From Mobula hypostoma (lineage: Eukaryota): a stretch of DNA of 64,000 nucleotides. The stretch covers positions 67,768,001 through 67,832,000 of the forward strand of contig NC_086097.1 in NCBI RefSeq assembly GCF_963921235.1. Reading direction: 5' to 3'. Below are positions 36,551 to 50,465 of this stretch, piece after piece. The notes beneath the pieces are model-generated. The model was given only the letters and a program-made list of their open reading frames with translations. It was not told the origin of the DNA and ran no database searches. A program made the position numbers and the translations under genes. Position 1 is the stretch's first letter. Each line of letters begins with the position of its first letter.

Positions 36551-37570
36551 GCAGTTCGTTATATCATTGTACTTCCAGAAAAATCATAGCCAAAATGATT
36601 CAGCTTGCATTGAATACAGAACACATTTTTCAGATTAGAAAATTTTAGAAAGATCTACCTTTAACCTACAAACAGAAAATATCATAGCCCATGATGAGTA
36701 ACAGGTGTTGATCAGAGTGTTGAGTATTTCTTCCTGACCTAATGTATCCAGATATAATGATGTCAATTCCTTTTAGCCGTACATAGAGCAATTAACATTA
36801 ATAATTTTGCAATAGTGTTTACACTTGATAATTCAATCATGTTATGCACTGTGAAAAATCAAGCAACAAAAATAACACAGCAGGACAGAAATTAGAGCTA
36901 AAATAAATTATTAGATCATTTAAATTTAAGCAACTTATAGCTTACTATACAGTATTACCTGGAAATCCATTGTCAGTCCATTATGTTAAATGCACCATTT
37001 AGTAGGTACGGCGACTTCAGAACTGCAACTATGCAGCATGATTAGCACTACTGAGCAACAATTAATTTTTTGACATCTATCTTTGTTAATAAAACAGTCC
37101 AAATCCATTATACAGGCATAGCTAACAGCCTTGTGGTACTTCACAACCAGCTAAGAGGTTAACAGCTTAAATGTTTTTTAGCTGGGATGTATCTAGGCGG
37201 TACATGGGAAAATGGTTCCTGGCACAAATCCATACATGAAACATGAAGTGAGAAATAAAATGTAATCCAAGTTCTCAAATGCAATATCTCCCTTTAACTT
37301 CAAAGTTCTAGTATACAGGAAGATAGAAAGAAAGTCCAGACACCCTCACTGTCAACTTGCTCTCCACAACATCCACATTCATGAGTTTAGGGTAAATTCA
37401 GCCTTAACTACAAGAACTATGGTCAGCAAAGTTCTCAATAGAACTCTAAACCACAGAATATAAAGGAGCTCATTCTTAGGACAGGATAAGTATGCTTTGA
37501 GAGATCATTTTCAAGCTGCATACATTCAAGATTCATTCAAAATTCTCTTCAGTTCACTCATCTCTGAAGC

Positions 37571-37979
37571 TGTAATGAGCTCTTCAGGCCTGTGCAGGGC
37601 ACCAGAGAGTGTTGGGTTCGGAGGTTTTTTGAAGGACCTGAATGGGTTAATTGTTGTTTAACGAGTCATTAATCATTTAAAGTTGGTTGTGTTTTTTCTC
37701 GAGTGACTCACTCTTTGTAATGTGGTCTTCTGGTCTTTCTGTTTAAGCTAGTTAAGTTTACTTTGGTAGGCTCAGGCATTCCGTGGATTTACGCAGTTTG
37801 ATTTCAGTGGACGCCCATTTAGCGCTCATCGTCCAGTCCTAGTTTTGAGGATGTAATTTCTCACAGTGTCGCTTGGCTGAGCCACTGATGTTCTTTTGGA
37901 ATTATTATGGATAAACTCTAGTCGCCATATCTACATTGGAGTCTATCTTACCTCTGCACCTGGTAGTAAGTGTAATACA
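37571..37979. mobile_element. Possible solo LTR
   Basis: A ~410-bp block that is richer in GC and CpG than its flanks. Begins TGTAAT and ends …TAATACA. No clear target duplication found. Confidence 0.3.
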
Positions 37980-38597
37980 TAAAACATCAATTCCCCTTAA
38001 ATATAATATTCAAATGAAGCCTAAGTAATTGGTTTTCAATGGGGAAAGGGGAAATTAGAAAAGGTGTTGAAAAGATCAGAACAGTGACACTGAGGTTAAC
38101 AATAACTTTAATAATTAGTGTGGAGAATAGAATGATGGTGATGGAATGAGTGCCCAGAGATAACAAATCTCTCTTAAGTGGGGATGGATCAGTGAAAAAA
38201 ATGTGGAAAACAATGGCCTAAGTAATAATGTTGATCGGAAAATCAACTTTAATTACCCTGACTTTCTTAAATTCAAACATTCCTTCAATCAACCTCATTT
38301 AAGAATTTCTGCAAGAAAATGATTCTCTGTCATACTGTACATTTCCAATTAAATCCATTATGATGAATAAGTGGAAAATCATGAGCTGGGGAGAAAATGA
38401 AGAAATACCCAAGAAATATACATTATCCTTGTTTTTATTTATTTATGAAACCCTGCTGGTTTCACTGACTGCGTAAGTCTAGGAAAGACACACTCAGGCC
38501 CCTGCAAACCCGTGAGATTGAGATGGTTCTCCCACACCAAAACCTGCTTCTTCAGAAAGACCATTACGTTGGCAGTGAAACTTTTCCCAGGGTGTTA

Positions 38598-38873
38598 CAT
38601 TTATTTAGAGGTTCAACATGGAACAGGCCCTTCCATCCCAACGAGCCCCACTGCCCAGCAATCCTCCTGTTTAAGCCTAGTCTAATGACAGGACAATTTA
38701 CATGACCAATTAACCTACTAGTTGGAATGTGGATAGAAACTGGAGCACCCAGAAGAACCCTGCATGCCTACGGGTAGAACGTACAATCTCCCTACAGAGA
38801 GTGCCGGAATTGAACTCTGAACTCCGACATACAGAGCTGTAATTGTATCACGCTAGCTGTTACTTTACTGTGG
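38598..38873 (-). mobile_element. V-SINE-type SINE
   Basis: ggaatgtggatagaaactggagcacccagaag V-domain and ggaattgaac B-box on the reverse strand. Same family as 55335-55605. Confidence 0.7.
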
Positions 38874-39484
38874 CTGAAAAAAAATCTGCAAAACAATAGT
38901 ACAAAATATAAGGAATTTCGGGTTTACCTTGAACCAATCAACCCATTGCCCTCACCATGACAAGTTCTGTTGAATTGGAATTCTAGAGGATCAGAACACA
39001 CTAGAGAACAATGCAGGTTTAATGCATTTACACCCTATATGTGTCAGAATGTTTCAGCAGATTCCCCAAAGTAACTGTTGTCTGCAAATTGCTGACAGGT
39101 TACTCTCAGGAATTTATCTGCCAAACCTGTGCTATGTTACCTTGTGCAAGAGGTGAACCCATTCATTTGAGTATGAAGGGAATTTGTATCATTTTTGAAT
39201 TAATTAAGTTTGTTATAATCTTTTTATTTAACAGTATCATACAAATTTTAAGCAACTTAATACAGTGAGAAGCTCTCAAATGCCTTGGCAGTTTTGACAA
39301 TTGACAAACTGCTAAAGTTTCATTCAGCTATTTTGTGTTTGGGGCTCATTCTGACCTTTCCATGTTAGGGCATTATGTAACCACAGGGTCTGCCAATTTA
39401 TAGTGCCTTGCTATCTTGGATCAGGTTCACAGTAATCAGCAAATTGACCTTTGTGTATCTGGAAAAGGTAGGCTTGCGGTTTAT

Positions 39485-41050
39485 CACAAACACAAAAGGT
39501 TCTGCAAATGCCGCAGATCCAAAGCAACACACATAAAATGCTGGAGGAACTCAGCAGGTCAGGCTGCATCTACAGAGAGGAATAAAGAGTCAAAGTTTCA
39601 GGCCAGGTCCTTCCTTAGGACTGGAGTGGAAAGGGGAAGAAGGTAGAAGGAGATGTGGGGGTGGAGGGGAAGGAGGACAATTTGGCAGGTGATAGGTGAA
39701 ATCATATGGGGGAAGGGGGGATGAAGTGAGAAGCTGGAAGGTGATGGATGGAAAGTGTAAAGGGCTGAAGAAGAAGGAATCTGATAGGAGAGCAAAGTGG
39801 ATCATGGGAGAAAGGGAAGGGGGGGCACAAGAGGGAGGTGATAGGAAAATGAAGAGAATTGAAGGGGTAAGAGGGGAGCCAGAATGGGAAGTGGTAAAAA
39901 GAAGGGGAGGAGTGGTAGAAAGTACCATAAATTAGAGTAATCTATGTTCATTCCATCAGGCTGGAGGTTACCCAGACAGAATATGAGGTGTTCCTCCACC
40001 AGCCTAGAGTGGCTTTATCGTGACAATGAAGGAGGTCATAGATTGACGTGTTAAAATAGGAATGGGAATTCAAAGTGAATTTGGTGGCCACCAGGAAATC
40101 CCGTCCTTTGTGGTGGGCAGAGCAAAGGTGCTCGATGAAGTGGTCTTCCAATCTGCACCAGGTCTCACCAATGTAGTGCACCGGGAGCATTGGAGACACA
40201 AAATAACTCTGACAGCTTTGCAGGTGAAGTGTCTCCTCACTTGGTAGGACCATTTGGGGTCCTGAGCAGTGGTGAGGGAGGATGTGTACGGGCAGTTGTA
40301 TCATTTGTGCTGCTTGCAGGGATAAGCGTCAGGAGGGCGATCGGGGGAATGGAGTCATGTAGAAATAGATCCCTGTAGAAAGAGGAGACGGTGGGGTGGG
40401 AGGTGCAGGGAAAGATGCCTTTAGTGTAGGATCCTGTTAAAGATGGCAGATATTACGAGAATGATGTGCTGGATATGGAGGTCTGTGGGAAGAACGAGGG
40501 GAACTTTGTCCCTGTTATGACAGTGGAAAGATGTGGGTGAAGGCAGCATTGATGGTAGAGGAAGGAAAACCCTTTTCTTTGAGGAAGGAAGATATCTCAG
40601 ATGTTCTGGAATGACAAGCTTCACCCTGAGAACAGATGTGGTAGAGGTGAGGAACTGAGAAAAGGGAATAGCATTTTTACAAGTGACAGAGTGGGAAAAG
40701 ACACAAGTCAATATGGATGTGAGGGCCAGTAGGTTTATAAAATATATCAGGAGATAGTTTCCAGAGATGGAAACAGAGGGATTCAGAAAGGGGAGAGAGA
40801 ATTCAGAGATGGACAGAGTAAATTTGAGGGCAGGGTGAAAGTTGGAGGCAAAGTTGATGAAATTGATGAGCTCAGCATGGATCCAAGAAGCAGCACAAAT
40901 CAATATAGTCTTTGATATAGCGTAGAAAGAGTTGAGGATCATTCCCAGTGTAGGCTGGAACATGCACTTGTCCCACGTAGCTGATGAAAAGGCAAGCAAA
41001 GCTGGGGTCCATACAGATGCCCATGGCTACACCGTGGGTTTGGAGAAAGT
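39485..41050 (-). mobile_element. Degenerate Penelope-like retroelement (RT C-half, GIY-YIG, 3' repeat with a decayed hammerhead at 39588-39623)
   Basis: GVAMG…FLRYIKD RT motifs (~40900-41035), FINFASNFHPALKFT, HYIGETWCRLEDHFIEH, and MEEHLIFCLGNLQPDGMNIDYSN. Confidence 0.88.
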
Positions 41051-41934
41051 GGGAGGCTTGCAGTTGTTACGCAGGTCAGCGGTAAATATGGATGGCTCAT
41101 TACAGCAATAGTTCTGCCTCAAGGATTCACACTTATATAAAAACAGAAAAAAAATCACTCAGCTGTTCTGCAGAGAGAAAAAAAATAAATGCAGTTATTG
41201 TTTCTGGCCTTCCACAGGTGATCTGTGTACAGATAATGCTGTGGCTAATGTGAGATGAGAAGTGGGTTGCTGGGGTATCAGAAACAATACTGAGTGTAGT
41301 GGGCAGTGAGCTGGAAGGATCAGAGCACAAAATTGGGGAAGGTGTGACACAAAGACAAGGATAGTGAGACTGGCCGTTAGTGTTTATACTGGGTGGGGTG
41401 ATCAGTAATTGGGAGCGATCAGTGTAGATTGGCAGTAGGGGTGAGGGGTGATGGGATAAGAGCCACACATGATGTTGTGCAGAGTCAAGGAAGGAGAAAT
41501 CAGCATTTGGTGGTACAATTGGTATGCTGGAAAGTGAAGGATCTTTATTTGGTACTTGATCAAATCAAGGAGAAAAACTAGCCATTGATTAAGTACTAGT
41601 GGAACAGTACATCAGAGGCCTTGACAAGGGGGATAAAATTGCAGGGTTAAGCATGGCACTGATTGGATGAACGGGTAGTAGTTCTGGGCCTTAGATTTGA
41701 GGTTTGTGGTTCGGTGATATGGGCAAGACTGCAGCAATATTTAAATTAGGTAATTTACTTCACAGCTGGCATCCCAGTCTGCTCAAAACAAGAAAGAATT
41801 TGTTGTCCCAAGAGGTGGGACAAAGTGCCCAAAAGGTAGTGACCCTGGTGTACCACGGGCCAAGCTCCCTAGCAATATGCTTGAAGGATTGTTGAAGTAG
41901 GATTGATCTTAACCCCCATACCCACTCTCAAAAT

Positions 41935-43140
41935 CAGACAGCAGATGCTATTTCAATGGCTCTCCATTCATCTCTGGAACATCTGGGCAGTGAAGGTGCA
42001 TACATCAGGATGCTCTTCATTGACTACAACTCTGTATTCAATACTATCATCCCCTAAACTAATCAATAATCTTCAAGACCTGAGCCTCAATACCTCCTTG
42101 AGCAACTGGGTCTTTGATTTCCCCACTTGTAGATCCCAGTCAGTTCTGATTGGCAACAACATGTCCTCCACGATCACCATCAGCACAGGTGCACCACAAG
42201 GCTGTGCCCTTAGCCCCCTGCTCTACTCACTTTATACTTCATAAAGTTTGTTGATGATACTACTGCTGTGGGCTGAATCAAAGGAGGTGACGCATCAGCA
42301 TATACGAGGGAGATTGAGAATCTGGCTGAATGATGCCACAACAATGTTTCACAATGCCAGCAAAACCATGGAGCAGATTATTGACTACAGGAGGAGGAAA
42401 CTAAAGGTCCATGAACTAGTCCTCATCAGGGGATCAGAGGTCAAGAGAATCAGCAGTTTTAAATTCATCGGATTATCATTTCATAGAATCTTTCCTGGGC
42501 CCAGCATTTAACTGTCATTACAAAGAAGGCACAGGAGCACCTCTACTTTCTCAGAAGTTTGTGCAAATTCGGCATGTCGTCTAAAACTGTCAAACTTCTA
42601 TAGATGCACAGTGAAGTGTTTACTGACTGGTTGCATCTTGAATGGAAATTATTACACAAAGTAATGGATGCAGCCCAATACATTGCAGGCAAAACCCTCT
42701 GCATCATTGAGCACACTAACAAGGAGTGCCGTCACAAGAAAGTTGTGTCCATCATCAAGGACCCCCACCATTCAGGCCATGCTCTCTTCTCATTGCTGCC
42801 ATCAGGAAGGAGGTACAGGAGCCTCAAACCCCTCATCACCAGGTTCAAGGAATAGTTATTACCCCTAGCCATCAGGCACTTGAACCCGAGGGGATAACTT
42901 TAATTACCCCAACACTGAACTGATTCCACAACCTACGGACTCACTTTTGAGGACTCTACAATTCATGTTCTCAATAGTTGTTACTTATTCATTTATTACT
43001 ATAATTATTTTTTTCCTTTTTTGTATTTGCAGAGTTTGTTGTCTAATGCATATTGACCGTTTGTCCATCTCTGTCATGTGTGATTTTTCATCAATGGTGA
43101 CATATATGTACTTCGATAAAAAAAAATTACTTTGAACTTT
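41935..43140 (+). mobile_element. Rex1/Babar LINE 3' portion, degenerate
   Basis: [48 protein letters not shown]. (CTTTGAA)n tail. Confidence 0.88.
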
Positions 43141-44989
43141 AAAAAAAAATCAGGTCAAATTTCCAGAATGATGAAAAACAACCAGGAAATCACTGCTACT
43201 GTGTTCACTTCCTGAAAGATATCAATTTAAAATTTTATAACCTTGAATTAAAAAATGTTCTGCATTTTAATTACTGGGAGTATGTTAGGATCCTTAAATA
43301 CAGACTGATATAATAAATAGAGGAAAAATATTTGTGGAATTGAGGACAATTGGACAAAATCAAAAAAAAAGCATGCTTTTCAGTAAAATAGAGTTAGGAA
43401 TCATTTCCACATAGCCAATATCACAGAAGTTCCTTCTACAAATGGCAATTACTGCAATTTAGTTTTCAGTCTGAGACGGTTGGACTTTTGACAATTAAAC
43501 ATTTAAGGCATACATACGTATGTGGTGTTATAGGGCCATGAATCTCAAACTGCGGCAGAAGAAGCTGGAAGCTAAATGACCCATTCCTTTAGCCGTTCCT
43601 GTTATGTATCAAGTTCATCCTGCTCATTATTTGCAGAAGTTTCTGGTCTCAACTGGGTCCCTTGGGTAAAATAGACATTAATCTACTCAAAGAACTGGGA
43701 AGTATTTTAATCGGTGGTTAATTTATAAGTGACACTGTCAAGGAGGAATGAAGGTGTTTTCTAGTTGCTTTCCAGCTTGTACAACTGTGAGGGTTAAGGA
43801 GCAGAAACTGTGCAAGGGAAAACAGGATTATGTAAATAATGAAACAGATACTTAAAAGAGTGAAGTAAAAGACAAGGAATCTCGTTTTAAATTAAAAAAA
43901 ACTAAGTTTTGAAAATGGGTGATTGTTATCAATACAATGAAACAGATTACCCTCCTAGGGCCACGGATTATTTCACCCTCAAGTGGTTTTACTCACTGCC
44001 TCAAGAGGAAAGGTAGACATTTTGTCATGCTTTCAGCTTTCAGCTATATCCTATGGCGTTGCTGGGGTTAATGTAGAATAAGGTGTCTTGTAAGTAGAAA
44101 TAGGGCATAATAAATTAGTACCAATTTCCTGGTGAAAATTCTCAAATGCAGCAAGAATATTGCTGAAAAACCAAAGATAAATTTACAATACTGGCAAAAT
44201 GAAATCGGTAACCAAATATGACAACAGTGAAATGAACAAGAATACCTCAGCAGGTATGCATTTTCAGTTGAAAATGGCATGTGAAATTAAAATGGAATAA
44301 TTTTCAATTTCCCTTTTAGTTTGCCAATATACATTCCAAAGACTTCTGTAACAATGCACTAAAATATGCCAAGAACTGAGCATATAATAATGACACAAGC
44401 TGACTTGTTCTCTGATTTTTTTTATTATGAAAGTAATCAACTTAGGTTTGCACTGACCTTCTAATAGTGTAATGAGCTGCAGATACATGACAGTTAAATG
44501 GGCCAAAATTCAGAAATACGGAAGTTACAAATTTCTCACTTTCACCAAACAGTAACCAGCTAGTAAGCTGTAACATAAAGATCATAGAAGTGTCTGGATT
44601 CTGCAACCTAAAAGAACGTTAAATACAAATGACAAAATTAATGCTATGGTATTATTGTTACACTGATGGGTCAAATTGAGGTACAATATGTCTGATGTTC
44701 AGTCCAGAACCTTAACTCAATGCGATCATGAACCATACGCTGTAGGTCAGATGCTGGTGTATCTGATCCCTTTTCTACACTGGACTCAATCCCCAATTTA
44801 TATTAAAAGATTACATTTAGATTAGACTCCTTGATTATATTTTATATTTATGCTTTCAATTTTATATTTTAATCACATCTTTTATTTGTAATTATTTTAA
44901 AATAATTTTGAGTTTTAAATTATTTATTGCCATGTAAAGTGCTTTTAAATGTCTCTGAACATCAGATACAGTTAAAACATAGTGACACA

Positions 44990-45230
44990 CATCTTTGACA
45001 GTAGTGAGCTGTCAAAGCCATCAGGTTGCCCTGGGGACCTGTTCTCCACCTGCTGCCCGGTCACCACTCATGGCCTGATCCGCCTTATAGAAGAGCTACG
45101 GAATGGCAACCTTCAGCTCAGCAGATCTCACGGGGCTGCAAAAGGTTGGTACAGACATGGGGGCTGGACAACTGACAAATGCGAGCAGTGTACTGATTTG
45201 AGAATGATCTGGCCCAATGCAACAAATCAT
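44990..45230. promoter_or_regulatory. GC-rich unique island, candidate regulatory element
   Basis: Sharp GC rise inside very AT-rich flanks. X-box/RFX-like GTTGCCCTGGGGAC (45025-45038) and half-site ATGGCAAC (45103). Confidence 0.3.
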
Positions 45231-45564
45231 ATTTCAGGCATTTTATGTTGCCACATTTCAAACCAATATCTTAAAAATTAGAATTTACTATTAAGGAAAC
45301 TTTTAGATCAAAGGCCTTGAGATTGCATTCTGGTATTCCTACATTTTATACACTTAATTTTTTTACAAAAGATGAACAATTATTGGACAAAGTGTGTTAA
45401 TCATATAATGTCATGTCATATATTAAAGACCTGTTTAGGTTTAATATAATTTTAAAGTCAAACTCATCTGCTTAACACCTTTTACCCATTGGTTGGAGGT
45501 CTTGCAACAATGATACAGAACAATGATATCTAAATTGGATATTTGCTTAAGAATATCCCTATAC

Positions 45565-46145
45565 CAAAATATAAAACAGACCCTTTAGTCCATGATATTT
45601 GTTCTGACCATGATGCTAAATTAAACTACACCTTTCTGCTTGTATACATCCCTTATCCTTCCATTCAGCACATGTCTTAATACCTCTTAAACACCACTAT
45701 TGTGGCTGCTTCCACCTCTACTACCCATCGTGACCTATTCCAGGCACATATAATCTCGATGTAAAACATCTACCTCATGTATCACCTTTGAACTTTCTTC
45801 CTCTCACTTTAAAGCTATGTCCCCTAGTATCTGACATTTCTATCCTGGAAAAAAGAACAACTACCTACCTTTCTATGCCTCTCAAAATTTTATAAATCTC
45901 CCTCAGGTTTCCTCTCAGACTCTGACACTCAAGAGAAAATCAGTCCAAGTTTATCCAACTTCTCCTTGTACTAATAACTCTTTAATCCAGGGAACATACT
46001 GGTGACCCTATTCTGTAACCTTTCTAAAGTCTTCACACCCTTCCTGTAATGGTGTTGCCAAAAATGCATACAATCCTCATGATGTGGCCTCACCAAAAGT
46101 TTTATCCAGCTGCAAGATAACTTCCCGACTCTTATACTTAATTCC
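45565..46145 (-). mobile_element. Old CR1 3' fragment
   Basis: Degenerate CR1 RT C-terminus and tail (aacagaccctttagtcc…; gatgtggcctcacca). Confidence 0.65.
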
Positions 46146-48210
46146 TCAAACTGAATTCCAAAGAATCCTTAAAAGAAAAACTTGCTAATTTGAAAGTGTC
46201 CATGATTGTTGATTCTGGTGGGTGGTCTTCAATTTATGCACTCCGAAGTATTTAATCAACTGCAATCACCCATGAATAATCAGCTACAAGACAAACTGGT
46301 CAGATTTAAGAATTCATCCACACCTCTGCTGACTAGTGAACAATAAATAATACAGAAAAATCACAACTCCAATTTCAAATTGTGAAATTAAATATTAATT
46401 ATACGTGGAACTGAATTAAATAGTTTCAAGGAAATGTGCACAAAATAATAAACTTAATTTATGCCATATGCTTGTTAAAATAATGCCTGTTGAAGCAATT
46501 ACCAACGCCTGTATACTCCACCTTTGAATTTAAGGTAGGTAAGTAAACTGAAAGCTGACATAGATGTATCCAGTCTCTTAATACACTAGTCTATTTCAAT
46601 TTCCATGGTATAGCACACATGAAGGTTTAATGTTTCTGATCAATTTTCACCTATGAATATTGAAAAACACATCAGGATAAATATATCATATTACAACTAA
46701 GCAGGTTTTTATTCCTGAGCCACAGCAATTTCAAGAGTAGGCAAGCTTTAAAACTCGGCAGCTTTAGTATTTACCCCTGTTTTTTTTGTTGTCACAGTTA
46801 ATTTATTAATTTGTTAAAATGATGCCATTAGGCTGGAATATATTATGAAATGACTTCAAAAATTTTTTTGGTGGAAGAAATTTCTGGAGATGAATATGAG
46901 CAGCTGGGAATCAAACTTGTGAAGAGCTGTTCCAATGGCCTTTTATTTTGAGGACAAACTTAATTGACATATTCAGAGTACAGGTTTTAATAAACATCCT
47001 TAGGTTAATTAGTTTGGTATCTTAACAATGGAATCATTGACTTACACAATTCATGGGAGAGAAATGATTTATATATCTCCAGACAGACTGATGGACACAC
47101 ACCCACATGCACACAAGCACAAGTATCCTTGACAACATATAGGTAAAGAATATCTAATAAATTCCTCCCAATGTAGAATACACTTTAAGTGGTGAGACTG
47201 ACATCCCTGAGTGGGTTTGTGTTAGCAGTGCAGAACAAGAAAATGAATGCTGTATTAAATTTTCCATGCCTTCTTCAGTACAATAATGATTTCCCAAGTA
47301 AGCAAACAGATCTTAGACTCTTAATCAGACCTCTCATTAAATTCTCCACCTCCTCCTCCTGAGAAAATTCCCATTTTAAACTGCTCCTGCTTTTGTTCAT
47401 AAACTCTGGCCCACAAGTATATGAAATATCTACTTTTAAAAAGTACGAAAAGGACAAAACCACAAATGTGGAACTTCAATTAATTTAAAGCCCCAATCAG
47501 TAAAGAATAAATCCTTAGCAGATCTAATTACCAGAACTCTCAGTAGACCTAAACAGACCAGCCAATCTTCCTGCTGTTTGAACAGCTTGATGAACTAAGG
47601 GACTGATGGATATCAAATCATTTTGTTTAATTTATAAATGGATTTTGCCTTAATACTTAAATTATCATCAGTACAACACCATCAAAATGGGAACATCCTG
47701 AATGCAAAGTCTATAAGGAGTCTGGAATGAATCCCAATGAGCAATGTTGCTTCAGTTCATTCCCCCCAGATTCATCTAATTAAACAGTAAGGGGCAAACC
47801 CGTATAAAATTACTGCACACTCAATGGTGTATCCCTAGCTGCTGTGTCGTGAGATTGCATTCAACAATAAAACAAAAAGTACAATTGTCAACAAATAACA
47901 AATAGTCACGAATAACAAATAGCCTTCTGTACAAAAAAAAACAAAATACTGCAAATGACATTGGAAGTCCCTAAATTTGTAAAATATTAACTTTAATGCT
48001 CTCAATTTAGATTAATTTATTTGACATGTTTTTAGTTAAATTAACACATGTTGACCAATCACACACTGAATATTTCATCAGCAATATTATATGGAATCTT
48101 AACTATCACTGAATCCATTTTTCCCCCCTAGTCTTCACATCGGTAAATAGAGCTCAATCATTTCAAAGGTCTTGCCCTCAACCTTGCCCTTTTCTCCTTG
48201 AAATTCCCAC

Positions 48211-48385
48211 CTGGCTCAGGGGTCTCAGACTGTGAGGACGAAGATGCTGAGCTGGCTCCATCCTCTGCGGTACCCTGTGAGAGAATGCCTCGCCCTGGGG
48301 GAAGTTTCATGCCCAGTTGCTCTGCCATCTCCACATGGTCTCCAGGGTGGACATAATCAAACACACTGCTGCCTGTCAGTTCCAC
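48211..48385 (-). CDS. NPAS3: Internal coding exon of neuronal PAS domain protein 3 (end of PAS-A domain plus Ser-rich linker)
   Basis: Translates to [58 protein letters not shown], which I recognise as vertebrate NPAS3. Acceptor ...cttctaccccctcAG|GTG (AG at 48387-48386) with an upstream ctgac branch-point candidate. Donor CCAG|gtggga (GT at 48210-48209). Length 175 nt, phase 0 in, phase 1 out. Confidence 0.95.
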
Positions 48386-50465
48386 CTGAGGGGGTAGAAG
48401 TTAAAGTCTAATGTCAGCATTCACTTTTCAATCAAATCCACAGTACTTTGAAAATAATGACGATTTGTCGTTACTTTCGAGTTACTGAAACTATGATAAT
48501 ATATATTTTGCTGTCTCTTCTTTAACACATGACTTTTGTAATCACATTCAGTTGTATTTTTGGTACTTAGATTTATTAATTTTATTAATCCAATAACCAG
48601 CAATAAAATTCAAAAGGATTGATTAATGAAAAAGTTAATTTTGGTTATCATAATTTCTTGTAAACAAATTGCAAAATTATTTTCCATTTTTAAAGTCCTA
48701 CAAACACAAACCTTATTAGTATACAGTGTTTTATAAAAAATAACTTAAAAGATTTATATTTAGTTATTAGCAGGATAATTCATTAATACAAACTAATGGT
48801 GAGATACTGATTTGAGAGTAGTGCACTGGTAACTTAGATAAGTTACTGCCAGGTTCTAGCTGAAAGGGTGTGAGTAAACTTGTAAGTTACAACAGCCTGA
48901 TAATATCCACAGTAAACATTAATACATTTATTTAGCCTTCATTTTAATCCAAGTATTGTATCTAATCAATTGACTACTCTAACATAGTTTGTGTGTTGTA
49001 AACTTCTGGTCTGATGCAGCCCAGTATAAATTCAACTGCATTTTACTATTCTTATTTCTTAAGATAGTTTTAGGAAATAATAATCACATCTTCTCTACGG
49101 AAATACCCCATGAGATCAATGTCTGACATTTTTAAAATTTTTATCAGCTTTACCCCATTATGTCAAAGGCAAGTTCTAAGGATTACTGTCAGCCATAAAA
49201 TATTTCTTGCAGAAACTATTGAATTGATATGGCAGAAAAACCACATCATAGTCTGATGCATTTATTATCACAACATATTTTTATCAACTGTTAATAATTA
49301 TAAATTTATAGCTGTCTTAAAATAATAATTGCTGCATTGAATACACATAAATTACAGAGTGATTTATTTTGTCCTTTAGAAGTTTAAAATGCCCTATCTT
49401 AGCATCATTGTAGTAGCAATCAAAGTTCTGGAATGTGGTGAATTTCTTATACATTTCTTTACTGTGGTTCTGAAAAGCACTTGGATATCTTTGGGCACTG
49501 GTAGACCTCTAATGCTTGCCCAATGTGACTATTTACATACTTGCAATTGTATAATAATGAAAAGGGAAAGGAAATCAGTATTGGTCCTGAAGTTCAGAAA
49601 CAAATTATTAAGATACTGTGTTATCAAATATCAATACCATTGCTCCTAAAAACTGAACCAATGGAAAAAAAAGCAAACAGTAAAGCCATCACAATTATTG
49701 TTACTATGTGCTTTGTACAACATTCTTCAATAAGCACCTGAGCTCTTGTTTCACTCTGATTAGTTTTTACTAGAAAATTGCCGAGTGAGGCAGCTTCTTT
49801 ATTTCATTCTTCCCACAGATCTTTTTATAACCAAGGCAGAAAGAAATTTATAAGCTGGTGTGCAATTTTCAAATTTAAAATATTATTTTAAAAATTCTGT
49901 AATTACCTGCACAAAATGTAGATTTAACCAGCTCCTTGTTTGATATTTATATTAGAAATATATTGCATATTTATATAATGAAATAGAGGTAAAGCAAATT
50001 TATGAATTTTTGAATGCTTGGATTTGGAAATACGTTGGAATTCTGAGATGAATTTACAATCAGTGGTTGTGAAACCAAGTTGGCAGCAAATCAAAGTGCA
50101 AGTGATTAAAAAGTAATAGTTTGCATGATGTTTTAATTTTCAGAAAAATAAATATCCATCTTTTTGTCACAACCAACAATGCAACTCAGTAAGAAATAGC
50201 CATAAACTGCATGGCAAAGCGAGATATACTTTTGTTTTCAATTTTAAATGATCACAGCTAAGTAAGCAAATGATCTGAACTTAATATTCAATGTAGTTCT
50301 TCAATTTTGGTTTTAGGTATAATAGTTCTTATATAACAATATGTAAAAGGTTGTTACATGACAGTAGGTATAACAATATGTTTTGGTTGCTAAAGGCTTT
50401 TACATGCAGGCAGCCGTCATGTTACGGTGGAGGTACGGGTGTGGTTGCGTTCCTAGAAAACTGTT

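Larger units (their letters stand above)
1..48210 (-). other. NPAS3: NPAS3 intron downstream of the exon (extends beyond window start)
   Basis: Starts at the GT donor at 48210. I did not see the expected next exon (…ERSFFIRMKSTLTKRG…) in the window. Confidence 0.75.

Noticed and set aside
41060..41900. Possible decayed L2-like LINE
   Set aside because: The purine-rich composition is suggestive, but I could not read a diagnostic protein motif.
44671..44774. Possible alternative terminal NPAS3 exon (minus strand, would add EKGSDTPASDLQR…TSI* in frame)
   Set aside because: The AG at 44776-44775 lacks a polypyrimidine tract. The PASD resemblance to a short mammalian isoform rests on unverified memory and only 4 residues.
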